A stretch of 59,917 nucleotides of DNA from a virus (lineage: Duplodnaviria > Caudoviricetes): positions 1 to 59,917 of the IMG/VR virus record IMGVR_UViG_3300005613_004609; one strand, 5' to 3'. Below are positions 48,605 to 58,666 of this stretch, piece by piece. Under the pieces are notes generated by a model. The model searched no databases and was not told where the DNA came from. It saw only the letters and a program-made list of their open reading frames with translations. Each line of letters begins with the position of its first letter. Positions within the stretch are counted from its first letter, which is position 1. A program made the position numbers and the translations under genes.

Positions 48605-49350
48605 GTCATAAAGAAGGCTTTATTGCCTTGTTTTTTAAATCCCTTATCTATCATCCATCTCCTACCTAAGTCCCTGATGAAAGGAGGTAGAGAGGGTTCT
48701 CCATAAACTCCATATCGCCACTTAAGTACCTCTCCCACAACCTTCGTGTTATTATGATGAAATTGTTTTTCAGGATTAGACTCTGCAGATAAGAAGGGCG
48801 CAATCCTCCTAACATACTCAGCCTTAATAAGAGAGGGGTGTCCACAAAACCCAACTGCTTGCTTTAGTTCTTCAGGGCACTCATAATATTTACCGTTCCA
48901 AGGGAAGAATTTATTCCAGTTTTTCATTCTATCACGTCCTGAATAAAAGTTAGGCAATCTTAGAAGCGCCAAGTCCTTTTCACTTTCCAGAATTTCCAAC
49001 AATACAGACAAGTCAATAGGCCTTAAGAGCTCCCAGTCATCCTCAAGGTGGAATACATAGTCAGCGTCAGAACTTACATGCCTCCAACCCCATTGAAAAG
49101 CTCCGGCAAAATTAGGAAGCGGTGGACTTCTCCATATCACATTAGGAAAGTAATCCAGAGCAACTTTCAAGACCTCATGTGAATTGCAATGCATACCAAC
49201 TGGATCTATATTCAAGAGGACAGTCGTATCAATAGCGCCAAACAAATTCTTCCTGAATGAATACAGAGTTTTATCTAATAAGTCAGGCCTTCGTGTGGCC
49301 GTTATCACTATCTCGATATTTACTGCCTCAGTATCTAACATTTTTAACAC
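48583..49350 (-). CDS. GT-A glycosyltransferase
   Basis: TATRRPDLL..TL.SF, FHLEDDW. Confidence 0.75.
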   Translation of the reverse strand: MLKMLDTEAVNIEIVITATRRPDLLDKTLYSFRKNLFGAIDTTVLLNIDPVGMHCNSHEVLKVALDYFPNVIWRSPPLPNFAGAFQWGWRHVSSDADYVFHLEDDWELLRPIDLSVLLEILESEKDLALLRLPNFYSGRDRMKNWNKFFPWNGKYYECPEELKQAVGFCGHPSLIKAEYVRRIAPFLSAESNPEKQFHHNNTKVVGEVLKWRYGVYGEPSLPPFIRDLGRRWMIDKGFKKQGNKAFFMTWEKTGG

Positions 49351-49940
49351 TCTTTAAAATATAACAAGTGATCATAATAAGAACGTATTTCTCTCTTATT
49401 CCTCACATCCTCCCAAAAGGACTTTATCTCATTGGCAGTTTCCATATCAAAGATATATCCTCTTGCTGCCATCTTTCCTATCCAGTATGGAGCCTCCTGA
49501 CAATTAAAATGACCATGGCCTTCCTGCCCAGGAGGAGCAAAAGACATGACCACCTTATCAGACAATCCACACAAATTATCTAAAAAGACCTCTACAAAAT
49601 CCTCCTCAATATGTTCTGCAACCTCAAGGCACAATACCAGATCATATTTAACATTCTTGACATCACCACACAGAGGTTCTCTTAAATCCTGTATAAAAAC
49701 GAGTTCCGAAGGAACTTGCAGGTAAGGTTTACAATTCTCTGAGCCTTCAATTCCGTAGGCATCAACACCAAGCAACTGCATTCCTTCAACGTAATCAGCA
49801 ATACCACAACCCACATCGATAAAAGTTTTCGGGTGAAACACTTTCATCATAGCATTACAGATATAAGGCACCCTCCACATGAGCCTATCTCTCTTAGAAA
49901 AGAAACTTCCTTTATATAAATCCTTAAGATTGTTTTTCAC
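49344..49940 (-). CDS. SAM-dependent methyltransferase
   Basis: DVGCG, CLEVAEH, PGQEGHGHFN. Confidence 0.85.
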   Translation of the reverse strand: MKNNLKDLYKGSFFSKRDRLMWRVPYICNAMMKVFHPKTFIDVGCGIADYVEGMQLLGVDAYGIEGSENCKPYLQVPSELVFIQDLREPLCGDVKNVKYDLVLCLEVAEHIEEDFVEVFLDNLCGLSDKVVMSFAPPGQEGHGHFNCQEAPYWIGKMAARGYIFDMETANEIKSFWEDVRNKREIRSYYDHLLYFKEC

Positions 49941-51006
49941 GAAACTCCTCCACTAAGGTAAATGGCGCTGGAGGCCTATTTGCCTTTATTACATTAAAAA
50001 GTTTTTCCATATCAGGCAGGATTTTTGCTATAGGATCACAATAATAGTTAAAGAAGTTATTAGCGCTACGTCTGAAAGGCGTGGCCCAACAGGTAAGCAT
50101 GTCGTGGATATCATCAGCAATAGCTTCAGGGCTCGCACCATCCTTTGCAATTCGTACTGTACTTGGTGCCTTGCGTAAGAAAGGTGCATGCCTTTTAGGC
50201 GACTCAATCATCACAACACACCCACACACAAGTGCTTCAAGAGGTCCTCGATCATTCTGGCCACCTCCACCAAGGTGAATATACATCTTAGAGGAGTTAT
50301 AAAGTTCATTCAGTGCAGTCCTGCTAATCATTCCAGGAAAGTCTATATCCAGACCATACGACTGAATTTTATAAGGTATACGATTAGTCTTGACTCCATG
50401 TCTAAAGACTCCAGGCATAACACATTTCAGAGATGTCTTATATTTTGATAGATAAACAGTAAGCGCATCTATAACTTTCCACTGTGCTTTTTTGTCATGA
50501 ATATATGAGGAGCCTATGCAAAGATCATAAGAGGTCTTTACGTCCTCTTTGAGGAAGAACTGTACCGGTGAGATTGGTTTTATCCATGCCAGATTAAACC
50601 TGCCGCGTCCATCCAGGACAGACTCCTCTATCAAGTCATTAAATATAACATCCCAAAATAACCAACGTTCTCTACCTGTATTCGCGGCATAAGCAATTAA
50701 CCAGTGCCCCTTTTTCCCCCAGGCCTTAAGGGTGTCATGCCAACTTCTGAAACCACCTCTACACCAAATAGCATCGTCATCTCGTAGTGCAAGCGATTGC
50801 AGATCATTTATAAGAAGTCCGGAAACGCCAGAATGCGGATACATGATAGAACGAGTAGGTCCTGGAGTCTCGATAACTATCAAAACCTCGTCAACTATTT
50901 TGTACCTAACAAGCAATTGGAGAAGATGGTAATAGCCTTCCTCTTTTATCCTATTTGCATAGAATACCCCACTTTTGTGTTGAACATACAAAAATATAAG
51001 ACGCAT
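49924..51006 (-). CDS. GT-B glycosyltransferase
   Basis: KKAQ, LNELYN, DRGPLEALVCG. Confidence 0.75.
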   Translation of the reverse strand: MRLIFLYVQHKSGVFYANRIKEEGYYHLLQLLVRYKIVDEVLIVIETPGPTRSIMYPHSGVSGLLINDLQSLALRDDDAIWCRGGFRSWHDTLKAWGKKGHWLIAYAANTGRERWLFWDVIFNDLIEESVLDGRGRFNLAWIKPISPVQFFLKEDVKTSYDLCIGSSYIHDKKAQWKVIDALTVYLSKYKTSLKCVMPGVFRHGVKTNRIPYKIQSYGLDIDFPGMISRTALNELYNSSKMYIHLGGGGQNDRGPLEALVCGCVVMIESPKRHAPFLRKAPSTVRIAKDGASPEAIADDIHDMLTCWATPFRRSANNFFNYYCDPIAKILPDMEKLFNVIKANRPPAPFTLVEEFREKQS

Positions 51007-51018
51007 TCACGACCTCCA

Positions 51019-51207
51019 TTATTCTTCAATAGTTAATACTTGATAAAAAGTTGTAAATTCCTCCATGTATCCTTCACGATCATTCATAATGAAATTAGTT
51101 GTAACTTGTAACTCCCCATAAGGTTTCCATCCACGTTTCAATTCTATATTCACGTCAGTTACCAGAGAGGGCAAGTGTCCTTCAGACTTAATCACATTAT
51201 ATCTCAT
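51019..51207 (-). CDS. DUF1737-like protein
   Basis: VN.EL..GWKPYG...FYQ. Confidence 0.6.
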   Translation of the reverse strand: MRYNVIKSEGHLPSLVTDVNIELKRGWKPYGELQVTTNFIMNDREGYMEEFTTFYQVLTIEE

Positions 51208-52106
51208 ACCATCTCCTTAATTTTATCCAGCATTTGAGCAACTCGCACTTTATTCGAATGGTGCCCATGAACAAAGTCACGACCAGCTTTCGCTATAGTC
51301 GCAAGTTCTTTTTGATGGCGAAGGTAATACTCGATCAACCTCCTCAGTTCACTCACTTTGTCATAAGTAACCAAATGTTTCCCAGGTACAAAACCTTGAG
51401 CCCCGAGTTCCTTTGGAATATCACTCATAAGCAAGGCACCGCATGCCATAGCCTCAGTAAATCTCTGATTCAAAACACCAAAAGAATTTATACTATTCAC
51501 TACTATCCTACTCTGTTGGAGTCTCCTAACATACTCATGATGAAACACCTTACCCACAAAGACTTTATTTGTAGCAAGAGAAGTACACATATTCTTTATA
51601 CTTGTTCTCTTTGGATAGCCACTACCTCTATTCCAAATTATACTTGCGTCCACATCCCGTGCCGTTCCAGGATCGTTATAGAGATTAGTATCAACAGAGT
51701 AAGGCAGATAAGCCACATGTTCTTTTCTTCGTTTCCTCAAGTGACGTAATTCATAACCTGTACGAGCAAAGAGGAGACTATAGTTTGTTTTATTAAAGAT
51801 ATTATCGTGCATATCATCCCATTTCTTTAAAGGAACGTAGTCAACCACAATATGGACCTTTGGAATATTTATCTTCTCCAATCCCCTAACCCAGTGAATT
51901 AGTCTTTTCATCATATAAGTTATTATGACATCATATTCTTTGCAGTCGCCCAGGATATGATATAAGTCTTTCTTCTTACCCTGATAACCAGGATATCCCT
52001 GGCCATAATACGTTGCACAACATTGACGTCCAATCTCATCTCTAAAGAGTTGATGTCCCCAGTTGTGCCTCTCATGCTCGTCATTACCTATTATTAGAAC
52101 TTTCAC
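51204..52106 (-). CDS. CgeB-like GT-B glycosyltransferase
   Basis: LPYSVD, NQRFTEAMACGA, IAKAG...H. Confidence 0.8.
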   Translation of the reverse strand: MKVLIIGNDEHERHNWGHQLFRDEIGRQCCATYYGQGYPGYQGKKKDLYHILGDCKEYDVIITYMMKRLIHWVRGLEKINIPKVHIVVDYVPLKKWDDMHDNIFNKTNYSLLFARTGYELRHLRKRRKEHVAYLPYSVDTNLYNDPGTARDVDASIIWNRGSGYPKRTSIKNMCTSLATNKVFVGKVFHHEYVRRLQQSRIVVNSINSFGVLNQRFTEAMACGALLMSDIPKELGAQGFVPGKHLVTYDKVSELRRLIEYYLRHQKELATIAKAGRDFVHGHHSNKVRVAQMLDKIKEMV

Positions 52107-53058
52107 GATCTATATACCCATCAATTACATAAGTTAAATATTTAACCCTCAAATAATTCGTATGCCTACTATGCACAAATTTCATACCAGTTTCAGCAAT
52201 CCACTCTCTTTCCTCTGCATGTTTCAAGTAATAAAACACCTTCTCTTTCAAGTCAGCCATTCCCGAGTAAAGCACCAAATGCTTACCATCTACAAAACCC
52301 TGTTCATCGAATCCTTCTGGCTTATCAGCAAGTAAGAAAGTTCCACAAGACATCACCTCCGTATATTTCATCGACATAACTTTATAGATGTTATTTGATG
52401 TAATAAAAATTTTCGATCTGTTGATCAAGTCAACATAGTCCTTATGCCATACTCTCTGCCCAGGGGTAGTGCCACCAACCACCACTCTCTTAAGTCCCCA
52501 TTCCTGAACTTCTACTTGAATTTTCCTTCTATTTTTATAACACCAAGGAATGTCGGAATAGACAGCCATAACATCTACATTTTTTCTATAGAGAGGCCCA
52601 CGAATTTTCCGGAAGTAGGAAGTATCAACAGAGAATGGTAGCCAATGCACCTCGATGCGCGCAGGGATAACTCCTCTTCTTTGCATCTTTCTGAAGTGTC
52701 TCAGACTATAAAGACAATTGACAAATACTATATCTAAGTCATTTTCAATCAGAAACTTATGATACTGCTCAATATAAGGAGGTACATAGTCCATGAATAA
52801 ACTTACTTTTACCCCTGGGAGTTCAGCTACTCCAGTCACGTGACCGGCATACTTGGGTCCTTCGATTAAAATCACATCAAAAGGGTCAAGAGTTTTAACA
52901 AGATCAGGAATATGCGTATTATTAGGCGGATTAGTTTTCGGCCAATGCCCATAACTGACGCACTCGTGCTGTCTTGTTATTTCATCTCTAAATAGTTGAT
53001 GACCGTGATTATACTTTGTATGCTGGTCTGGAGCCAGAATCAAAAATCTCATTACCAC
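52084..53058 (-). CDS. CgeB-like GT-B glycosyltransferase (paralog of the adjacent gene)
   Basis: LPFSVD, KYTEVMSCG; shares N.GHQLFRDEI with 51204..52106. Confidence 0.8.
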   Translation of the reverse strand: MVMRFLILAPDQHTKYNHGHQLFRDEITRQHECVSYGHWPKTNPPNNTHIPDLVKTLDPFDVILIEGPKYAGHVTGVAELPGVKVSLFMDYVPPYIEQYHKFLIENDLDIVFVNCLYSLRHFRKMQRRGVIPARIEVHWLPFSVDTSYFRKIRGPLYRKNVDVMAVYSDIPWCYKNRRKIQVEVQEWGLKRVVVGGTTPGQRVWHKDYVDLINRSKIFITSNNIYKVMSMKYTEVMSCGTFLLADKPEGFDEQGFVDGKHLVLYSGMADLKEKVFYYLKHAEEREWIAETGMKFVHSRHTNYLRVKYLTYVIDGYIDRESSNNR

Positions 53059-54305
53059 GTCCTACTTTCAGCCAGGACAGGAGCATATTCAGTATTATAA
53101 ATATTATCGTAATTATATTTCTGCCTTGTGAAACTTTTACTACAGATAGCCTCATTTTCTCGCATACGGCCAAGAATTATCTGAGCAACTCCTTTAAAGT
53201 AGTCAGCTTCGTTCTCAGGTGTAAAGTTATTATGAAAAGAGCCAAAGTCGAAATAAAGACCTTGATACCCATTAACTTCAAACTGCATCTGAAGTGATTT
53301 ATTCAACACCATCAATACACCGGAGAGAGCTGCCTCCAGCGCAACTAATCCAAAAGATTCTTCCCGAGTTGGAAACACAAATAGATTAGAGCACAGAAAT
53401 AACTCCCTCAGTATATCTTTAGGAATACCAGTTGCATATTCAGGGCGCCATTCAGAGGTAAAAATGACCTCCTCATTTATTTTCAGACCATTTCTCGAAG
53501 CTATCTCTGTATACTTAGTAACATCCTCTTTTCTCTGGCGACCAGTGGCCCACTGATTAGCGAGAACCAGGCAGACAGAGAATCCCTTAGCCTTTATCTC
53601 CTTAAAAATGAGCATTACCTCCTTAACCCTTTTACTCAATAATCGATCAGTAGAGGCAGGATATATTTGCACAACATCTGCTCTCATCACACCAGGAAAG
53701 TCATCTATAAAATCCATGGTCTCTTGTTTAAAGTCGTACCAGGTCCTCAAGTCCTTGATATGATGTAATACACGAACATCTTCTAAGGAGCCACGAAAGG
53801 CTTCCGCGACTCGAATAGCATCGGTCTTATTTGGATAGGCTATTTTGTGGTTTTTCCCAAATTCTCTTATACTCCACCAATCACTGCCAGACGTAGGGAC
53901 TGAGTGTATCCAGTGAAGCCATCGCAAGTTAGGCAGCTTCGGAGAGGCTTGTTTGCATGCTAAACCATAAGGCATGAACCAGCCAGTAAAGATAAAATCA
54001 TGCGTAAAAGCAAAATCAAAGTCTGCAAGCTCATTCTCCAGAATTAACGCAGTTTCATTTACCAGCATTTTATGATCGGGGGTCAGCTGATTTTTTGACT
54101 TATAATCTTTTAGGTGAGAGAAAGGAATTTTCTTCTCCAGGATAACATCCTCAGAGAACTCCTCTCCATTGTATTGAGTATTTACAAAAAGATGCACTTC
54201 ATGACCATGTCTCGATAACATTTTTGCTTGATCTTTAGCTATCCCAGTTAAGGAGTAACCAGGAGAGAATTCTTGAAAATTAGTCAGTATAGCAATTTTA
54301 CTCAT
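53052..54305 (-). CDS. GT4 glycosyltransferase
   Basis: LSRHGHEVH, FVFPTREESFGLVALEAALSG. Confidence 0.9.
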   Translation of the reverse strand: MSKIAILTNFQEFSPGYSLTGIAKDQAKMLSRHGHEVHLFVNTQYNGEEFSEDVILEKKIPFSHLKDYKSKNQLTPDHKMLVNETALILENELADFDFAFTHDFIFTGWFMPYGLACKQASPKLPNLRWLHWIHSVPTSGSDWWSIREFGKNHKIAYPNKTDAIRVAEAFRGSLEDVRVLHHIKDLRTWYDFKQETMDFIDDFPGVMRADVVQIYPASTDRLLSKRVKEVMLIFKEIKAKGFSVCLVLANQWATGRQRKEDVTKYTEIASRNGLKINEEVIFTSEWRPEYATGIPKDILRELFLCSNLFVFPTREESFGLVALEAALSGVLMVLNKSLQMQFEVNGYQGLYFDFGSFHNNFTPENEADYFKGVAQIILGRMRENEAICSKSFTRQKYNYDNIYNTEYAPVLAESRTW

Positions 54306-54413
54306 TTTTTCCTCCTCACTGATAATTCTACTTTCGTAGTTATCATTATGAATTAAGAAATTTATGAACTTGTTAGAGAATCATACATTAACAAAGTTGT
54401 TTTATCAAGTATA

Positions 54414-55034
54414 CTACCCTACTATCCATAAATCCCACAAATTAAATCCTGCAACAGGTTTCATTCCTTTGGATCTAACAGGATCAGCAAATAACTCACT
54501 TGCAAGAACTATTTCTGTTGTAAGATACCCATTATCTATAACATATGCGTCAGTTTCTGAAATTTGATAGATAGCTACCATATGACCTTGATCATTCCCA
54601 GTCAGGCACCACATCCCTATTTTATCATCGTTAAAGCCAGCATTCCGCATCTTCTTCCAAATGGCGACTGCCTGGCCGTCACAGTCATCCTTCTTTCTCA
54701 TAAGAACTTCATCAGAGGTGGCCCAAAAATCCTCCCTCCCATAAATGAGTTGGTCAGGATTCCATTCGATATTACTCACTACCCAAGAACGAATATCTTT
54801 AGCCACCGCCAGACTAAAAAGCTTCTGAGGGTAGTTATATTTCAGAGTAGGGGTAGCAATTAACTCTCTCGCTTGCCAAGATAAAATCCTGGTATCATAT
54901 GCAGAACGTCCTTCTTTCCTTCCATATTTAGGGGTTTTTTTGATTACTTTTTCTGCAACCACATTCCACCAACGTCTCACATTACCACCAAAAATGGACC
55001 TCTTCTTTGTACTATTAACTCTCCTCCAAAACAT
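54414..55034 (-). CDS. transglutaminase-like cysteine proteinase (BTLCP-like)
   Basis: DFWAT..E...DDCDGQA, GHMV, VIDN catalytic triad pattern. Confidence 0.75.
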   Translation of the reverse strand: MFWRRVNSTKKRSIFGGNVRRWWNVVAEKVIKKTPKYGRKEGRSAYDTRILSWQARELIATPTLKYNYPQKLFSLAVAKDIRSWVVSNIEWNPDQLIYGREDFWATSDEVLMRKKDDCDGQAVAIWKKMRNAGFNDDKIGMWCLTGNDQGHMVAIYQISETDAYVIDNGYLTTEIVLASELFADPVRSKGMKPVAGFNLWDLWIVG

Positions 55035-55079
55035 AATCTTCCTCCAATTTGCAAGCGATTGCAATTATGATACTACTAT

Positions 55080-55814
55080 TTAGGGAGTCCAGGGATTCAA
55101 AGTTGGCTGTTCGTCAGCACAGAGCACAAAAGGGTCAAAAAATGGCTGGTCCGGAAGTGAAGCTGTGCAAACTTTAGCATCAACATTCACGTTAAGGCCA
55201 TTATAAAGACCATTCAGAACAACAGAATCCTTATGATAACTATTCGTATATACTGTATCAGTAGTAGGATCATCAGTACCTTCTGCCGCGCTTTCATAGG
55301 TAGTCTCATCCATAGCCCTATAAATTGAAGCTACTTCAATACGTCCGTCTCCTTGAGGACTAATTACACCAAAATTGACTCCACAACAAGAACCAACACC
55401 ACCAGGGGAGAAGTCAGACTCATACTCCATGGCTTTCATCGTATATTGAGAACCAGCTGCAGCACCACAGCAATACATACCATTAGAACCAGCCACAGTT
55501 TCAACACTCCCAACTTCCTTCCCTGAGATATACATTCCAGAAACACCCTTAACTTTTGTATTCACCCCATCAGGACCGAAAGTTTTTGAAAAAGACAAAT
55601 CAGCTTGATGAGCTCTAAAATTAGACTGATAACTATCTTTTATATGCACATCATTATTAGTTATAGAGTGCTCCGAGAAGAGGGTCTCTTGCCTAATGCT
55701 CCCACTCACAACATCTATTTTTAGGGTTACTCCTTGAGCATGCACATTGCCAGGAAAGGCAACTGCTACAAAGAATAACAAGATTAACCAGAGTAAACCT
55801 TTACTTTTTCTCAT
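55080..55814 (-). CDS. secreted beta-rich protein with signal peptide
   Basis: Basic then hydrophobic N-terminus with VHA cleavage site. Confidence 0.65.
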   Translation of the reverse strand: MRKSKGLLWLILLFFVAVAFPGNVHAQGVTLKIDVVSGSIRQETLFSEHSITNNDVHIKDSYQSNFRAHQADLSFSKTFGPDGVNTKVKGVSGMYISGKEVGSVETVAGSNGMYCCGAAAGSQYTMKAMEYESDFSPGGVGSCCGVNFGVISPQGDGRIEVASIYRAMDETTYESAAEGTDDPTTDTVYTNSYHKDSVVLNGLYNGLNVNVDAKVCTASLPDQPFFDPFVLCADEQPTLNPWTP

Positions 55815-55931
55815 AATCCCTCCTTGTTATAGTTTATAAGTCTCGTAAGAAACAATACCACAATAAGGCCAAGATAACAAGAGCGGACACCACTCCTATT
55901 CCAAGGCCCAGGAAAAAGCGGAGGAGAACAC

Positions 55932-56135
55932 TTATAATAACCCCCGTATAATCCATCCTAAAAGCCCACCCATAGACATAGCGAATATCCCAACCAACGT
56001 AAATTTCAGATTCAAGACCTTTCGCGTGCCCTCACAGAGTATCTCTTGTTTACGTACTCTCTCTTCAATGGAATCAAGTTCATCAAATATTCTCGATATA
56101 ACCTCATTCCAATATTCTGCGTACCTTGCTGTCAT
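55932..56135 (-). CDS. small coiled-coil + C-terminal TM protein (holin/hemolysin-like)
   Basis: Domain architecture and lysis-region context. Confidence 0.5.
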   Translation of the reverse strand: MTARYAEYWNEVISRIFDELDSIEERVRKQEILCEGTRKVLNLKFTLVGIFAMSMGGLLGWIIRGLL

Positions 56136-56517
56136 TCATAAAACCCTTTGCAGTTGGAATGGTAACAGCCCACATTACACTATCTTCGAGAGCGTGCATC
56201 GAGTGTATAATATTACTCTCTATGCAATGATGTTCTCCAGGTAATAACATCTTCTCATCTTCTACTACATATAGTAATACTGAGCCAGTGATAACATAAA
56301 TTAGTTCCATAGTTTCGTGCTTATGTACCGGAAAGTCAGTTCCCTCAGATATATAAAGTTTGACAACCGATATTTCTGGCAGAGAAAGAAGGGCGTCACC
56401 ATAACTCTCTCCCCCAACTACATCAAATACTACGCTATGCTCCCCATTCTCAGGTGGTCTCGCAAAACTATTCAGGAGTTTAGCAAGTTCACCAATTCTT
56501 GCAAGATTCTCGTTCAA
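56104..56517 (-). CDS. cupin domain protein
   Basis: PVHKH...E..YV..G, PG...I..N..H. Confidence 0.85.
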   Translation of the reverse strand: MNENLARIGELAKLLNSFARPPENGEHSVVFDVVGGESYGDALLSLPEISVVKLYISEGTDFPVHKHETMELIYVITGSVLLYVVEDEKMLLPGEHHCIESNIIHSMHALEDSVMWAVTIPTAKGFMNDSKVRRILE

Positions 56518-56849
56518 AGCTTTAACTCCTTCCCGAGTGCAGACATCAAGAAGGGTTTTTCCAACAGAGGAATCCCCTTTTCATGTAAGTCTCGTTTTAG
56601 TATTGGCGTAATATATCCCGAGGTGGCAACTATTATTATTTTGTTGCATTTACTTAACATGTAATCAATCACATCAAGCCCTGAACTTTCCAAGAGATTT
56701 ATATCAACAATAGCCGCATCAAAATGTGTATGCTCGAATTTCGTTATAGCCTTCTCTGCTGTACTAAAAGCATCAACAGTATGTATCTTCAGGTAATCCT
56801 TAATCGCACTTACTACCATCGGGTTATCTTCTGCTAATAAAATTCTCAT
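56514..56849 (-). CDS. single-domain response regulator receiver
   Basis: LLAEDN, VDINL..SG, TSG, EKPF. Confidence 0.9.
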   Translation of the reverse strand: MRILLAEDNPMVVSAIKDYLKIHTVDAFSTAEKAITKFEHTHFDAAIVDINLLESSGLDVIDYMLSKCNKIIIVATSGYITPILKRDLHEKGIPLLEKPFLMSALGKELKL

Positions 56850-56857
56850 AGAGTCTC

Positions 56858-57346
56858 CTACAATAGATAGATTCTTTTTCTTCCTTTACGATCTGACCAT
56901 CGTTGAATTTTTTCCTTTGGTCTAAAATCCACATGAAAACCAGCCGGTAATATTTTTCCGCCCCACTTCCATTTCTTTATATAAATACCCAGGCCAGTAA
57001 AACCCATTTTTTCGACAGCTCTATACTGGAGCCTAATGGGAGCCTCAGTTAAGAAATGGAAGTCACAGGCCTTACACCCGTTCTTTTTTAAGTGATAGCT
57101 ATTAGTAGCGTGATCATGTTCCCCATACATATCAACAGCCCCTCCGATGGTAAAAGGCCTCCCATCTTCTCCAATTACATTAAGTACATGAGGAACTATA
57201 GGCCACCCAGTCCTTCTCCTTAAAGCATCAAGCGCAAATACTAAAAGAGGGTCAATAAACTCTCCACTTCCAGGGTAGAGAGGATCATCAAAATGCTCCA
57301 TCTCGAAAAATTCTATATATCTCCAGTCCATAATATAATCTACCAT
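56858..57346 (-). CDS. peptidase M15-family endolysin
   Basis: SYH...ACD, GLGIY, FHVDFR. Confidence 0.75.
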   Translation of the reverse strand: MVDYIMDWRYIEFFEMEHFDDPLYPGSGEFIDPLLVFALDALRRRTGWPIVPHVLNVIGEDGRPFTIGGAVDMYGEHDHATNSYHLKKNGCKACDFHFLTEAPIRLQYRAVEKMGFTGLGIYIKKWKWGGKILPAGFHVDFRPKEKIQRWSDRKGRKRIYLL

Positions 57347-57369
57347 ATTATTAAATTGTTATCAACTCA

Positions 57370-57465
57370 TCATGTTGTCTCATCATAGTTATCCACTGTA
57401 ACTTGAATTCCAGTTATTGAATTCCCGTCAGAATCTATTACTATACCTTTTACCTTACTACCCAT
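57370..57465 (-). pseudogene. truncated paralog of the N-terminus of 57476..58633
   Basis: MGSKVKGIVIDSDGNSITGIQVTVDNYDETT*; 38-bp exact repeat (57382-57419 = 58550-58587). Confidence 0.7.
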
Positions 57466-57475
57466 TATAACTCCA

Positions 57476-58633
57476 TTACTGCATTGTATAAATATCCATT
57501 CTAGTATCATGGCTGGCAGTATTGCTACCACGCGCCTTACTAGAGTACCAAGTCCCTTTCCCACCATCCAATCCTGTCTTTGCAAAGGTTCCATTAACTG
57601 CAGCATAGTTGAAATTGTCAGTTTCTTTCATTGTAAAGACTATTGCATAGTCAGTACCGGCGCTCAGTGACACAGGAGAACTAAAAGTAAATGGAACATA
57701 AGTTTGACTCCAGCTATTATTTCCGGATACCCCACTGGACTCTCCTTGTAAGGTGTCAAGTGCCGTTCCACTCATCGTCCATATTTGACAATAAAAAGTT
57801 TTTCCAGTTATATCACCATCCACTCTGGTGAGAGATCCGTCAACTCTACAAATATCTACATTGCTCCCAGGATCAAACTCTCCTTGACCAGTATAGTAAT
57901 AATAATCAATATAGCCTATATATAATGATCCACTATTTGTAAGGTGATTTGAGATAAATATTAAACACTCATCTAACGGAGACTCAGTAACAGTGGTTGA
58001 GGTCGTAGTCGTACTGGTAGTATAAGTAGTGCTTGAGCTGCTTGAGCTACTTGAACTCAAAGTTGTCGAAATTGTTGAACTGGTTGAACTGGTTGAACTT
58101 ACCGTACTCGAAGTTGTCGAACTGGTTGAAGTTGTCGAAATTGTTGAACTGGTTGAAGTTGTCGAAATTGTTGAACTGGTTGAACTGGTTGAACTTACCG
58201 TACTCGAAGTTGTCGAACTGGTTGAAGTTGTCGAAATTGTTGAACTGGTTGAACTGGTTGAACTCGAAGTTGTAGTTGAGAAGGTCAGAGTTGTTGAACT
58301 GGTTGAAGTTGTTGAACTGGTTGAAGTTGTTGAACTGGTTGAAGTTGTTGAACTCGTTGTAGTTGTCGATGTAGACACAACTGACAAAAATTCGGCACCT
58401 GCAATGTCTTCAGTACCACCATAAACTCCTTCATAAGAAAAGACGGTCAATACGTCATCACCTATCTCTTTTGTATTAGCAGGACAACCCCAAGCGCCAC
58501 TTCCTGAGTTAGATAGACACTGGCCAATATGATCTGATAGATCATCAGGATCATAGTTATCCACTGTAACTTGAATTCCAGTTATTGGATTCCCTTCTGT
58601 ATCTACTAATATTCCTTTAGTTTTTCCACCCAT
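57476..58633 (-). CDS. putative virion fibre/decoration protein with a ~125-aa Ser/Thr tract and C-terminal beta domain
   Basis: Low-complexity S/T linker; FSSPVSLSAGTDYAIV; tail-region context. Confidence 0.7.
   Translation of the reverse strand: MGGKTKGILVDTEGNPITGIQVTVDNYDPDDLSDHIGQCLSNSGSGAWGCPANTKEIGDDVLTVFSYEGVYGGTEDIAGAEFLSVVSTSTTTTSSTTSTSSTTSTSSTTSTSSTTLTFSTTTSSSTSSTSSTISTTSTSSTTSSTVSSTSSTSSTISTTSTSSTISTTSTSSTTSSTVSSTSSTSSTISTTLSSSSSSSSSTTYTTSTTTTSTTVTESPLDECLIFISNHLTNSGSLYIGYIDYYYYTGQGEFDPGSNVDICRVDGSLTRVDGDITGKTFYCQIWTMSGTALDTLQGESSGVSGNNSWSQTYVPFTFSSPVSLSAGTDYAIVFTMKETDNFNYAAVNGTFAKTGLDGGKGTWYSSKARGSNTASHDTRMDIYTMQ
58030..58372. repeat. coding tandem repeats (GTTGAACTG-based units, ~96-bp higher-order duplication)
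   Basis: Read directly; encodes the S/T tract. Confidence 0.85.
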
Positions 58634-58666
58634 CAGAATTATCCTTTTAAAGGGAACATCTTACCA

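Noticed and set aside
58029-58424. Plus-strand ORFs with VELVE and LNW repeats
   Set aside because: Antisense shadows of the Ser/Thr-coding repeat.
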